A program made the position numbers and the translations under genes. This document shows positions 19,449 through 29,276 of a stretch of DNA of 64,000 nt, one piece after another (positions within the stretch are counted from its first letter, which is position 1; each line of letters begins with the position of its first letter). Under the pieces are notes generated by a model. That model was not told the DNA's origin. It searched no databases and saw only the letters and a program-made list of their open reading frames with translations. The stretch covers positions 1,580,477-1,644,476 of the forward strand of contig CAVSKO010000002.1 of the NCBI GenBank assembly GCA_963728545.1, given 5' to 3'. This stretch comes from Blastocatellia bacterium (GTDB taxonomy: Bacteria; Acidobacteriota; Blastocatellia; UBA7656).

Positions 19449-19908
19449 TCCTTATCGTCTCATACGCTTCCCTTATTATCTTCTCCCAATCCTACATCTC
19501 ATACTGCAAGGCTTCCAGCAGCTTGACCGCATTAACCCTCTCCTGACGCTCCCGCCAGCCCTGATTATTCTTTCTATTTGAATTACTGCTTTTCATCTCA
19601 TGAGGAAATGTGTAGTTACCCTTTCGTTTGTCTTGGGTATAGCATAAATTCATTACAGCTACTTTCAACAGAATCCATAACACAGCCTGGTAGATTTGCT
19701 TATCTGAGAGGAAATAGCGTTGCCGACATTAGTATGATACACTGCGAAACTCAGTTTCCTCTGCTGATTCAGCCAAACACTCATAGATTGCGTGGCTTCA
19801 TGCCCTTTTTCAGACAATCAGCACTGACTCTGATCTTGCCGGCGGCGGTAGCTTGCGAACACTCAATTAGCGCTTCCGGCTGTATGTATATCGCGAAGAG
19901 AGCCGGTT

Positions 19909-22440
19909 ATGAATCCCCGATATGTACCTTATCCGCTGTTGCTGCTAATTGTTGCCGCTGCTTACTTCGGCGCTGCTGAGATCGGCTTATCACAAGCCTT
20001 CCTGCACGCCAACGTCTCGCCTGTGTGGCCGCCAACCGGTTTTGCAATAGCCGCTGTCTGGTGGCTGGGTTATAGGATTTCGCCTGCAATTCTGCTTGGG
20101 GCATTCCTGGCGAATCTGGCAACCGGGGTGCCCATTGCGACAGCCGGCGGTATCGCTGTGGGCAATATGTTGGAGGCAGTCACGGCTGTCTTCTTGCTTC
20201 ACCGCTTTGTCGGACTTCGCAGCCCTTTTTATCGCGCTCAGGATGCAGCAAAGTTCGTGCTCATTGCGGGCGCGCTCAGCACTACTGTGAGCGCCACGAT
20301 TGGCAATGTAAGCCTATGCCTCGGCGGGGCCGCAGCTTGGGCTAACTTTGGCCCACTTTGGCTGACCTGGTGGTTCGGAGATGGAGTTGGCGCACTGGTG
20401 GTAGCGCCATTGCTGCTTACGTGGATTGAAAAACCCTTTGAGCACTGGCCGTTGCGCCGGTTGGCCGAGGCCGCGCTGCTACTGGTATCACTATCCGTCG
20501 TTGCCTTTATCATTTTGGGAGGAGTTTCTACCTCCAAAACCGTCAATTATTTCTTATGGCGTTTGATCTATGTATTCCTCTTGTGGGCAGCTTTCAGGTT
20601 TGGGCCGCGTGGTGTGGCTACGACAATCGCTCTGTTTTCAGGCATCGCAGTCTGGGCCACAAAACAAGGGTTCGGGCCTTTCGTAGGAGATAGTCCCAAT
20701 GAGACGCTGCTGCTTTTACAAATATTCGTGGCTTCGATTGCAATCACGTTCTTACTGTTAGCCGCTATCGTTACCGAGCGCAAGAGCGCGCAACAGATGC
20801 TGGCAGATCGCCTCCATGAAATCGAGGCGATGATGGAGGTGTTGCCAGTCGGACTATTCGTTGCGCAGGACCGCACAGGCGCTCGGATTATAGGCAATCA
20901 CGCGGCGAGGGAGTTCCTGCGGATGGAGCGCGGCGCAGACGCCAACCTCTCGTTGAGCGCGCCGCCCGACGAGCCTCCGACGCACTTCAAAGTCTTCAAA
21001 GACGGTAAGGAACTTCTGCCCGAAGAGCTTCCCTTACAACGCGCTGCCGCAGAGGGTGTCGCAGTGCGCAATCTCGAACTCGACGTATTGTTCAGCGACG
21101 GTGCCGTGAAGCACGAACTGATTAGCACTCTCCCTCTGTTCGACCGGGATGGCGCTCCTCGTGGCGCTGTCGCTTCGATGATGGACATTACCGAGCGCAA
21201 GCGGGCAGAAGAAGAACGCGAGCACTTGCTTGTGCGAGAACAGAGTATGCGCGTTGAAGCTGAGAGAACTAATCGCCTGAAAGATGAGTTTCTGGCGACT
21301 ATCTCACATGAGCTTCGCACACCGCTCAATGCAATTCTTGGGTGGTCACATCTACTGCGGGGGGCCAAAATTGATGGGGCGACGGTATCTCGCGCATTAG
21401 AAACTATTGAGCGCAACGCCAAATCTCAGGCTCAGCTAATAGAAGACCTGTTGGATGTATCGCGGATCACTTCAGGCAAGCTGCGCCTCGATATCAAACC
21501 TATTGATCTTGCATCCGTCATCAAAGCAGCAATAGATTCTGTTCAGCACGCTGCCGACGCCAAAGAGATTCAACTACAAATGATCATAGACCCCGCTGCT
21601 AGCCACATTCGGGGGGATACGGCACGACTTCAACAGGTCGTGTGGAATCTCTTATCGAATGCGATTAAGTTTACCTCAACAGGCAAGCTGGTACAGGTCA
21701 GGCTTGATCGCACAGACTCAATGGCGCAGATAACAGTGAGCGACACGGGTGAAGGCATCAGCCCTGAGTTCTTGCCTTATGTTTTTGACCGGTTCCGACA
21801 AGCCGATGGGACAATCACTAGAGGATACGGCGGGCTTGGGTTGGGGCTCGCGATCGCGCGCCACCTTGTAGAGTTGCATGGCGGGTCAATCGAAGCACAG
21901 AGCGCAGGGTTAGGACAAGGAGCCAGCTTCACCGTGAGACTCCCGCTTGTGACTGTACTAGCGACAGCGTCTTTGCCAACCGTTCAATCATCAGAGGCCA
22001 CATCACAAGAGGAAACCTTAGCCGGCCCAAGCTTATTAATTCTCTATGGCTTGCGGATATTAGCAGTTGATGATGAACCCGATATGAGAGATATGCTGAA
22101 GTTAATGCTTGAGCAATGCGGCGCTGATGTTATTACTGCCGCCTCTGCTAGAGAGGCGTTCGAGGTGCTGCCAGGATTTAAGCCAGATGTGCTGGTATGC
22201 GACATAGGGATGCCGGAAGAGGATGGCTATAGCCTGATTCGTAAAGTTAGAGCCTTGGAACCGAGGCAAGGCGGGAATACTCCTGCCATTGCGCTAACGG
22301 GGTACGTCAGAGTTGAAGAGCGAATGCAAGCACTTGAAGCAGGCTATCAAATGTTTGTGCCCAAGCCTGTAGAGGTGAATGAACTGACATCAATGATTGC
22401 GAGTCTTGTTGGAAGAATTGAAAGGGGCACGGGGATATAG
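19909..22440 (+). CDS. Hybrid sensor histidine kinase: MASE1-like membrane domain, PAS, HisKA, HATPase and a C-terminal receiver
   Basis: N-terminal multi-TM region with WPPTGFAIAAVWWLG. H-box ISHELRTPLNAILGW. G-boxes DTGEGI and GGLGLGLAI. Receiver ILAVDDEPDMRDM...LVCDIGMPEEDG...K. Confidence 0.85.
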   Translation: MNPRYVPYPLLLLIVAAAYFGAAEIGLSQAFLHANVSPVWPPTGFAIAAVWWLGYRISPAILLGAFLANLATGVPIATAGGIAVGNMLEAVTAVFLLHRFVGLRSPFYRAQDAAKFVLIAGALSTTVSATIGNVSLCLGGAAAWANFGPLWLTWWFGDGVGALVVAPLLLTWIEKPFEHWPLRRLAEAALLLVSLSVVAFIILGGVSTSKTVNYFLWRLIYVFLLWAAFRFGPRGVATTIALFSGIAVWATKQGFGPFVGDSPNETLLLLQIFVASIAITFLLLAAIVTERKSAQQMLADRLHEIEAMMEVLPVGLFVAQDRTGARIIGNHAAREFLRMERGADANLSLSAPPDEPPTHFKVFKDGKELLPEELPLQRAAAEGVAVRNLELDVLFSDGAVKHELISTLPLFDRDGAPRGAVASMMDITERKRAEEEREHLLVREQSMRVEAERTNRLKDEFLATISHELRTPLNAILGWSHLLRGAKIDGATVSRALETIERNAKSQAQLIEDLLDVSRITSGKLRLDIKPIDLASVIKAAIDSVQHAADAKEIQLQMIIDPAASHIRGDTARLQQVVWNLLSNAIKFTSTGKLVQVRLDRTDSMAQITVSDTGEGISPEFLPYVFDRFRQADGTITRGYGGLGLGLAIARHLVELHGGSIEAQSAGLGQGASFTVRLPLVTVLATASLPTVQSSEATSQEETLAGPSLLILYGLRILAVDDEPDMRDMLKLMLEQCGADVITAASAREAFEVLPGFKPDVLVCDIGMPEEDGYSLIRKVRALEPRQGGNTPAIALTGYVRVEERMQALEAGYQMFVPKPVEVNELTSMIASLVGRIERGTGI

Positions 22441-23003
22441 TCAGAAATTGCGCTTTTACAAGAAGACGAAGTGACAAAAAGACTAGTTTAAAATTATCCG
22501 GAATAACTCAAAGCGATGATCTGCAAGCACAAAGTGCTTTGATTTATGTGCTTCTTTAGAATAGACCGAATAAGGTTTCTTCACTGTAAAGGCAAATCAT
22601 ATGGGGGCAGCCGTCACAGGCGATTGGACTAGCTGCCCCGCTTTGCCCCGTCTGGCAATCTCCCTCACGGTAATCACCATCAGGGGCAAACTTCATATCT
22701 TAATAGGGATTTCTCAATTCCCTTCCCTTTGATAATCAAACCTAAAGCGAATCTCTATGAATCACGATTTACGGATGTGGTATCGTCTGGGGTTCTTTTT
22801 CATAGCAGAACAAGATTACCAGACCTCGCTCATCCGTAACTGCATTTATGCAACAAAGCCATTAGCGCGTCTAACAACCACATTCAGTGGAGCGCGCGAA
22901 GCCCACTTTGTATGACTCCATCAGTGCCGCTCGCGCGCCCACTGATACGGAGCGTTATGCCGCAAAGTATACAGTCTTCACTAAAAAGAAGAGGGTGATA
23001 GTT

Positions 23004-23609
23004 ATGTTGAATCGTTCTACCAATTTCTTACTCGTTCTCATCGCGTTAGCCCTGTGGTGCATCGCGCTTCGCGATTTGCTAACGTTTTACCCGGTGCAGG
23101 CTCAATCATCCGCCCAACAGACATTCAGAGACAACGAGGAGTTAAAGCGTCTTTCGGATGAGGACCAGGCTGACCGCACCCCTCCAAGCGGGAAGGCTAT
23201 CGATTGGGCGGTCGTCGGCCCGCGTGACAGGGCGCGCTTAAAGCGGGTGAAGGAACTATACTCGCAGAACCTTTTACAAACCGCTAATGATTACGACCGC
23301 GCTGCTCTGATTCTTCAACACGGCGACGTGCCGGAAGATTTTCTGCTGGCGCACGAGTTCTGGGTGGTGGCCCTCGTCAAGGGCAAGAACGATCAGGATA
23401 CTAGGTCATTAGCAGCAGCCAGCGAAGACCGCTTCCTGATGAAGATAGGGCGCCCACAGCGCTTCGGAACGCAGCTCCACTCGATAGACGGCGGACCTAT
23501 CCAGCTTTATCCAGTCGACCCTGGGGTCACCGATGAATTGCGGCGCGTGATGGGGGTCCGTTCATTGTCAGAGATTAAAGCAAAGGTGACTGAAATGAAC
23601 AAGAAGTGA
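23004..23609 (+). CDS. Hypothetical secreted or membrane-anchored protein
   Basis: GAGGGTG RBS with the ATG at 23004. N-terminal hydrophobic segment LLVLIALALWCIAL. Confidence 0.35.
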   Translation: MLNRSTNFLLVLIALALWCIALRDLLTFYPVQAQSSAQQTFRDNEELKRLSDEDQADRTPPSGKAIDWAVVGPRDRARLKRVKELYSQNLLQTANDYDRAALILQHGDVPEDFLLAHEFWVVALVKGKNDQDTRSLAAASEDRFLMKIGRPQRFGTQLHSIDGGPIQLYPVDPGVTDELRRVMGVRSLSEIKAKVTEMNKK

Positions 23610-23929
23610 TTGTCCGGGCGGCATCACACGCGCATGCAGCGGAGGCCGCGTGCGCGAGTCTCGTATGAACCAGTGAGTGCCGCTCGCGGCCCCGCTGATG
23701 CGCGTGACCGGGCCAGATCGGATTGCCCCCCAGGCAAGCCCAAAACTTCTTCCAGACGTCAGCCAGGCTTGATGGACCACACCCGCTGCGGTAACACGTA
23801 CCGGCATTGAACCAGGGCTGCACGAACAGGTTGGACCCGTAGTCGTGCGCTGAATAAACCAGTTTGTTTTCGACGGGCGGACCTAGCGAGGTGGTGTCCC
23901 CGCCCTCCCTCTCTCTGCCGTATGCAGTG

Positions 23930-26900
23930 TCAGGCGAGAAGTGCCGCCGAAATGGCCCTGGCCGACTGGATTAAGAACTCACCCTGTGCCGGGGTCAGCC
24001 TCCCTCCTCGCACGAGCGCCTCCACCTGATTGATGAAGGCTTGAAGCTGGTTCGACGCGGCCCGCGCGTTGCCTCTATCCATCTGCTGCATCACCGCGCT
24101 CAGCTTCGCCGTTAAAGCGTTGCCATTGCCCGCGTTGATTGCCCCCTGCGCCACCAGCGCATTCACATGGTCGATGAGCTGTTGCGTCATCACGCGAGGC
24201 GTCACGACCATGACGCAGCGGCTGAACTCTGACGTGTTATTGCTCGGGTCTGTCGCCGTCGCGGTGATACTCTGGCCCGGCGGCCCTAACGCAGGGAGTG
24301 TCACCGCGAAGCTCGCCTGGCAGCTCGCGTCGGTCGTGACACTGAACGTGCCGAGCAGCCTTTGCCCCTCGCCGAATCCCGAAGGGTCGCAGGCGTTGTT
24401 GGCGAAGAACTGCAACCTGTAAGTGGTGTTCGCAGCGCCCATCATCACCCCCTGTACAATCCTCGAAGCGAGGCTTATCGAGGAGGTTAGCACCGGATAA
24501 TTCTGCAACCCGTTCTGGCCTTCGTCCGCGTCGCAGGGGTCATTCGCCGTCGGCCCATCGATGCCGAGATCAATGCCTAACCCGCCATTCGCAAAGATTG
24601 AATTCGACAGGATAGGGCTGTTGATGTTGAAGCCATCAAGCTCGACGCCATTGCCATTGTTAAAAGCGATGGTATTGCCTTCGCTCGCCAGCGGGCCGCC
24701 GATTCGATCTGCGGGGCCGCGCGAATGCACCCCCGCGCCGAGATTGCCTAGCCCGAGAGTGCCTCTCGAATTCGTGCCGATGAAGTTCCCTTGAATCTCA
24801 TTAGCTCCTTCGGAGAGCACGCCGTGGCTGCCGTTGGCGCAGATCGTGTTTCCCGTGACAGGAGCCACATCGAAACTGAGCGACACACCCTCCCGCGCAT
24901 TCCCCATCGGCAAAGTTCCGGTGACGTCTGTGCCGATAAGATTGTTCTCTATGAAGGCAGTCGAGATGAAACTGACTCGGACACCTCGACCTCCATTCGC
25001 AGAGATGACGTTGTTGCGCACTCTGTTGCCGGCCGTAAAGAGAAACACTGACACCCCGTCACCGCCATTGCCGAGCCTCTGGGCGCCAGTCACATCGGTA
25101 CCGATAAAGTTGTTTTCGACCGTAACGGGGCCAGAATCAAAGATACTGACGGCAGTTCCCTGGTTGCCCGAAATGATGTTGCGTGCGCCGGCGACCGGCC
25201 CGCCGACCGTGCTGCTGAAGGCGTTATCCATATTCACTCCGACCCCGTTCGGCAGTGCCTGAGTGCCTGTGATCTCCGTGCCGATGAAATTGCCCTGGAT
25301 CAGGTTTGTATTCGTGGCTTGAACGCCGAAATTGGAATTGCCGGAGATCAGGTTGCGGGCCATGCTGCTCGTTCCACCGATGACGGAGGAGCCGAAAACG
25401 CGAACGCCTATTCGATTAGGTATCGCCACCGTGCCCGTCCTGTCTGTGCCGATGAAGTTCCCCCGAATCACCGCGTTGCTTGTATCCACTAGAGTTTGGC
25501 CTAGGAAAATCCCCGCCCCCACATTCCCTGAAATAATGTTGCGCGCCGCCGGGACGGTCCCGCCGATCACGTTGTCTAACGAATTTAAGCCCCTGACGCC
25601 TGTAGTGTTACCAGGGCCGATCACGTTCGCCTCAATTATGTTGTTGCCGTCGTTTAAAAAGATGGCCCGGCCAAGCAACGGTTGGGGGGCCGGGTCTATG
25701 AAGTTTGCGAAATCAAGCGCGCGAACAGTGCTATTGCCGCTTGTAATGACCAGCCCGTCCATATCAACTTCGTTCCCGCGCAACCCGATGAGCGGCTCAC
25801 CTGCATAACCCGGCTGCGTTGTGCCGTCGATGACGACAGGGTCGGTGATGCCAGGTCGCGGCGTCGGACTACCCGGAGGAGTCGGTTCGATTATGTGAAG
25901 GCCGGGCCCCGGTATGTTGAAGGCGATCAGGTCCAGTCCCGGGTTCGCGTTAGCCTCGATGATAGCCTGCGTCAGCGAGCCGGGGCCGCTGCTGTTCGTG
26001 TTCGTCACGGTAAAGGTCATTCCCGTGACGGTCCTCATAACGACCGGCGCGCTTGCGCCTCTGCGTAGTACGACAAGGTCAGTCAAAGCATCCGCGTTGA
26101 GCCGCATTGGCAGGACCGCCGCTGCCGCGCTTTCGAGGCCGAGCTTGTTCAGCCGCTGATCGGCTGCCTCGCCTCGCAATGCGTCTAGCTTTACGACATC
26201 CAGGCGCGCGCCTGTCGAATCAATTATGATCAGGTCATCGGCGGGCTTACCCGAAAACCTGGCCTTAACCAGGCGGGCCGATTCGGTCCACGCGCTCTGC
26301 ATCACGGATTGGCCCTGCCACTCTTCAAGACTGCGGCTAACCCGGCGCAACGACTCCGCATCGTCTGGAATACTCAACGTATGAAGCGAGCCATCCTGCA
26401 ACAACAGGCTCAGGCAGGGGCGCTGAGTGCCGAGAAAATCTCCGACCGCAAGGGCGGTGATAGGCGATGGGAAAGCGCGCGTCTCGACTCTTGCGCGCGC
26501 GGCCGCTTGCGATTTATTGGCCGGTGTCAGGGCTTCTTCGTCATGGCCTTGGACCAACAACAGGTGCGGCCCCGCGGCTACTGCCACGTCCATCAGGTAA
26601 TCGTCACCCGCTTCGATGAGCGCCATAGCGGCCGCCTCTTCAGGGAGCGCGACGGTTTCCGCGCCAGTCTTCCAGGCGCCCGCCCCGCCCTGGAAGATGA
26701 GCAATCTCGGTCCTTCGGGTCCATTCACCGACACAGCGATGTCGGCCAATCCATCCACACAGTTGATTTCGCCCGTTTGCAGACTCGTGATATCTCCCGG
26801 CATCTCCAGTGCTCTGGCCCGGTTGAGCTTGCCCGAGCCGTTGCCCGCAAGCAGGTAAAGACGGCGGCCGCCGCGTCTGGCCGCAACTACATCCATGTGA

Positions 26901-27469
26901 CCGTCGGCATCGAAATCGCCCGCGCCGATAAAGTCAGGTGTGTCAGGGCAATCGAATACCGCCGTCGGTGGCAGGAAAGGCGACTCGCTGAATTTTCCTG
27001 CCGTCTCGCGTTGCCGCGCCTCCGGACTTTCGGGGAAGACCGCGTCCGCATTCCCTTTTGCCAGTGTGAGAATGCCGTGACCCGGTCCGGCGTATGCGCC
27101 GACCAGGTCCGGCATGCCGTCTTCGTCGAAGTCTGCGGCGGCGAGCGCGCGCGGCTCAGCGAGGTCATCTTCGAGCAGCTTTTTCAGTTCTGCCGGCCCG
27201 CGGTAAACCGGCCGCGTTTGCGCTTCAGCCTTCAGGTGAAATGACGTAGTCTCTTGCCCACCCACCTGTGAGGGGAGGCGGTTCATGAGGGCCATTCGCT
27301 TCGCAGGATTCGCGGAACTCCCGCTCGAATGTTTAATGACGTTTGCTTCGACTGCCGCCAGAAGGAACCAGCAGCAGGCGGCGGCTACAGCAGCTTGCGC
27401 CGGCAGACCCCAAGCGGCCTGGGGAGGCGCGAGGCTCTTGCGCTTATCATTGCGTCGTACACGGTTCAT
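23930..27469 (-). CDS. Large secreted protein with FG-GAP/VCBS-like repeats, a CSLREA-type motif, parallel beta-helix repeats and a FIMAH-like C-terminus
   Basis: Signal-like N-terminus. DFDEDGMPDLVG and DFDADGHMDVV. SGPGSLTQAIIEANANPGLDLIAFNI resembles the CSLREA domain. Repeated NNFIGTDVTGAQ / NLIGTDVTGT / GNFIGTNSRGT beta-helix units. The C-terminal ...NALTAKLSAVMQQMDRGNARAASNQLQAFINQVEAL resembles FIMAH. Confidence 0.6.
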   Translation of the reverse strand: MNRVRRNDKRKSLAPPQAAWGLPAQAAVAAACCWFLLAAVEANVIKHSSGSSANPAKRMALMNRLPSQVGGQETTSFHLKAEAQTRPVYRGPAELKKLLEDDLAEPRALAAADFDEDGMPDLVGAYAGPGHGILTLAKGNADAVFPESPEARQRETAGKFSESPFLPPTAVFDCPDTPDFIGAGDFDADGHMDVVAARRGGRRLYLLAGNGSGKLNRARALEMPGDITSLQTGEINCVDGLADIAVSVNGPEGPRLLIFQGGAGAWKTGAETVALPEEAAAMALIEAGDDYLMDVAVAAGPHLLLVQGHDEEALTPANKSQAAARARVETRAFPSPITALAVGDFLGTQRPCLSLLLQDGSLHTLSIPDDAESLRRVSRSLEEWQGQSVMQSAWTESARLVKARFSGKPADDLIIIDSTGARLDVVKLDALRGEAADQRLNKLGLESAAAAVLPMRLNADALTDLVVLRRGASAPVVMRTVTGMTFTVTNTNSSGPGSLTQAIIEANANPGLDLIAFNIPGPGLHIIEPTPPGSPTPRPGITDPVVIDGTTQPGYAGEPLIGLRGNEVDMDGLVITSGNSTVRALDFANFIDPAPQPLLGRAIFLNDGNNIIEANVIGPGNTTGVRGLNSLDNVIGGTVPAARNIISGNVGAGIFLGQTLVDTSNAVIRGNFIGTDRTGTVAIPNRIGVRVFGSSVIGGTSSMARNLISGNSNFGVQATNTNLIQGNFIGTEITGTQALPNGVGVNMDNAFSSTVGGPVAGARNIISGNQGTAVSIFDSGPVTVENNFIGTDVTGAQRLGNGGDGVSVFLFTAGNRVRNNVISANGGRGVRVSFISTAFIENNLIGTDVTGTLPMGNAREGVSLSFDVAPVTGNTICANGSHGVLSEGANEIQGNFIGTNSRGTLGLGNLGAGVHSRGPADRIGGPLASEGNTIAFNNGNGVELDGFNINSPILSNSIFANGGLGIDLGIDGPTANDPCDADEGQNGLQNYPVLTSSISLASRIVQGVMMGAANTTYRLQFFANNACDPSGFGEGQRLLGTFSVTTDASCQASFAVTLPALGPPGQSITATATDPSNNTSEFSRCVMVVTPRVMTQQLIDHVNALVAQGAINAGNGNALTAKLSAVMQQMDRGNARAASNQLQAFINQVEALVRGGRLTPAQGEFLIQSARAISAALLA

Positions 27470-27872
27470 ATTTTTAACTCCTTTTTGGGGACAGACCAGG
27501 CCTTACAAAAGCGCCGCTCATTGCTGAGCCGCCATTTCTGTAAACTGGGTGACGTCGGACGTGCAGCATACGCCTGGGGCGCGAAATGCTCGGACGTCTT
27601 TCAAAGGATCAATGGTGTTGAATGAATAGCCAGCTATTCATTGGCGCGCATCCCGGCCACGGGTTGTAGCCAGGAGAAGTATGAGGAAACAAGGGAGCGA
27701 CGCGGAACGCAGGACTTGCCAACCGGACGCACAATACAGTTAGCGATGTAGTCGATTACGATGCCTCATCGGCAGCCTCGCCCTTCGAGAGATAGCATTA
27801 CCAAAGAACCATAACCTTGCTCAGTAAGCTAGGGGAAAAGATACTATATCAAGACGGCTCTTATTGCAATTA

Positions 27873-28069
27873 AGAGCACATTGCGCAGGGCGAGAGCATC
27901 TAAATTCCCAACAAAAATGAGGGGTTCAACTTTTCGAGCAATTTTGCCAATTCAAATTACCGTCAAAAGTCGAAGGAATTTGCTCATATTTGTATCTGGT
28001 ATAGAAGTCTAAGAAACCAAAATCCTTATTCTCCTAGAAAATTAGATGCTCTCGCCCTAGCACATTGCG
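27873..28069. repeat. Inverted-repeat-bounded AT-rich element (MITE-like) of about 200 bp
   Basis: AGCACATTGCG+C+AGGGCGAGAGCATCTAAATT at 27876-27908, and AAATTAGATGCTCTCGCCCT+AGCACATTGCG at about 28035-28066. That is a 20-bp inverted repeat plus an 11-bp direct repeat. Confidence 0.45.
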
Positions 28070-28431
28070 TGAGTGGCGGTAAGTGGTTGAAGTCAAAAGC
28101 GAGGAGTTTTTCTACATAAGGCGCAGCGGCTTCAATTTGCCATTTTATTCGCCGCAAGCAAGCAGGTTTAGCATCAAAGCTTTTTTGTATTCTGCATTCG
28201 CCGCCCATCAAAACAAATAATTCTATATCTGCCCATAGCTTCACTTCATTAGGTGTACAACCTGCACGGTAATCTGCTTGAAGGTCATATGACCGCCGAG
28301 GATGCTGCCACGCACGATACTCAAAATCCTAGCCGCGTTATTGTTGTGGATGAATATGCCGGCTAGGCTCAAACCGCGCTAATACTCAGCTCTTTTCTTG
28401 ACTGTCCTGGCGGTTCAATTCGTCAACCGAT

Positions 28432-28761
28432 TCAGCTACAGCTACAGTCATTGTCCGACGTGTCTTTGTCAGTTATCGTGAAGGTTCTCTTTCTCCCGGA
28501 CTCTATCTGAATAACTGCCTGACCATTCTTATTACAAGCATTGACCTGCGCCCTAACTCGCAGCCCGGATTGTCTGTCCTCTAAGACATGCAGGCATCCG
28601 CGTTGAGCCAGAACACCTACGCCGGTCAATGTAACGCCGCCCGGACTACACTGCGTGTAGATGTATTCGCCCGTGCTTGTGTTGAATTGGAAAAGGCTCC
28701 CGTCGGCGGGCTTATTTTTCTCGAACTGAAGAAGGGAGTAGAAGCATTGCTTATCAGGCAC
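28432..28761 (-). CDS. Hypothetical protein
   Basis: 109-aa ORF in a locally AT-rich intergenic stretch; no motif recognised. Confidence 0.15.
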   Translation of the reverse strand: MPDKQCFYSLLQFEKNKPADGSLFQFNTSTGEYIYTQCSPGGVTLTGVGVLAQRGCLHVLEDRQSGLRVRAQVNACNKNGQAVIQIESGRKRTFTITDKDTSDNDCSCS

Positions 28762-29276
28762 GGCTACGTCGCTCGACGCGCACGGTGACCAAGCCTATCA
28801 TTTCACCCACTACTCAGAAGATTAGGTATTGGGAGCATCAATCTAAAGCTCAGAGCCCCGCCCCTACAGGTTATCTCACACCGCTATGAACTCTCGTCAT
28901 TCGCAGTTCAGGTAAGCAGATTCGCTACGTAGTCCCGCCGCTCCCCCCGTTATCGTTGTTCTTCGACTCCAGGTTCGCAATTAAATCCTGCTCCTGTCTC
29001 GGAGTCACGATATTGAAATTAGCCGGGAAGATATCCAGCAGGTCTAATATCGCTGTCACTATCGCCGGATTACCCGTTACTGTGATAGCGCCTGACTGGA
29101 CCGCCGCATTGAATGCCGCGCTCATGTCTTCGCTGCTCATTATCTTATTAAGCGTAATGCGGTCCGTTGACAGCGTGACATCTGCCTGCGGCAGTTCGCC
29201 CTGCGTGGCATACTGCGTGTAAGGCAGCGTGAAGTCTAACTGCTCAAGCGCGTAAAATTGAGTCGGGTTAGATACA

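Noticed and set aside
24069-27244. Antisense or alternative-frame ORFs within the beta-helix protein gene (24069-24422, 24834-25262, 25332-25808, 26309-27244)
   Set aside because: They lie inside a well-supported 1179-aa gene and have low-complexity, high-GC-biased composition.
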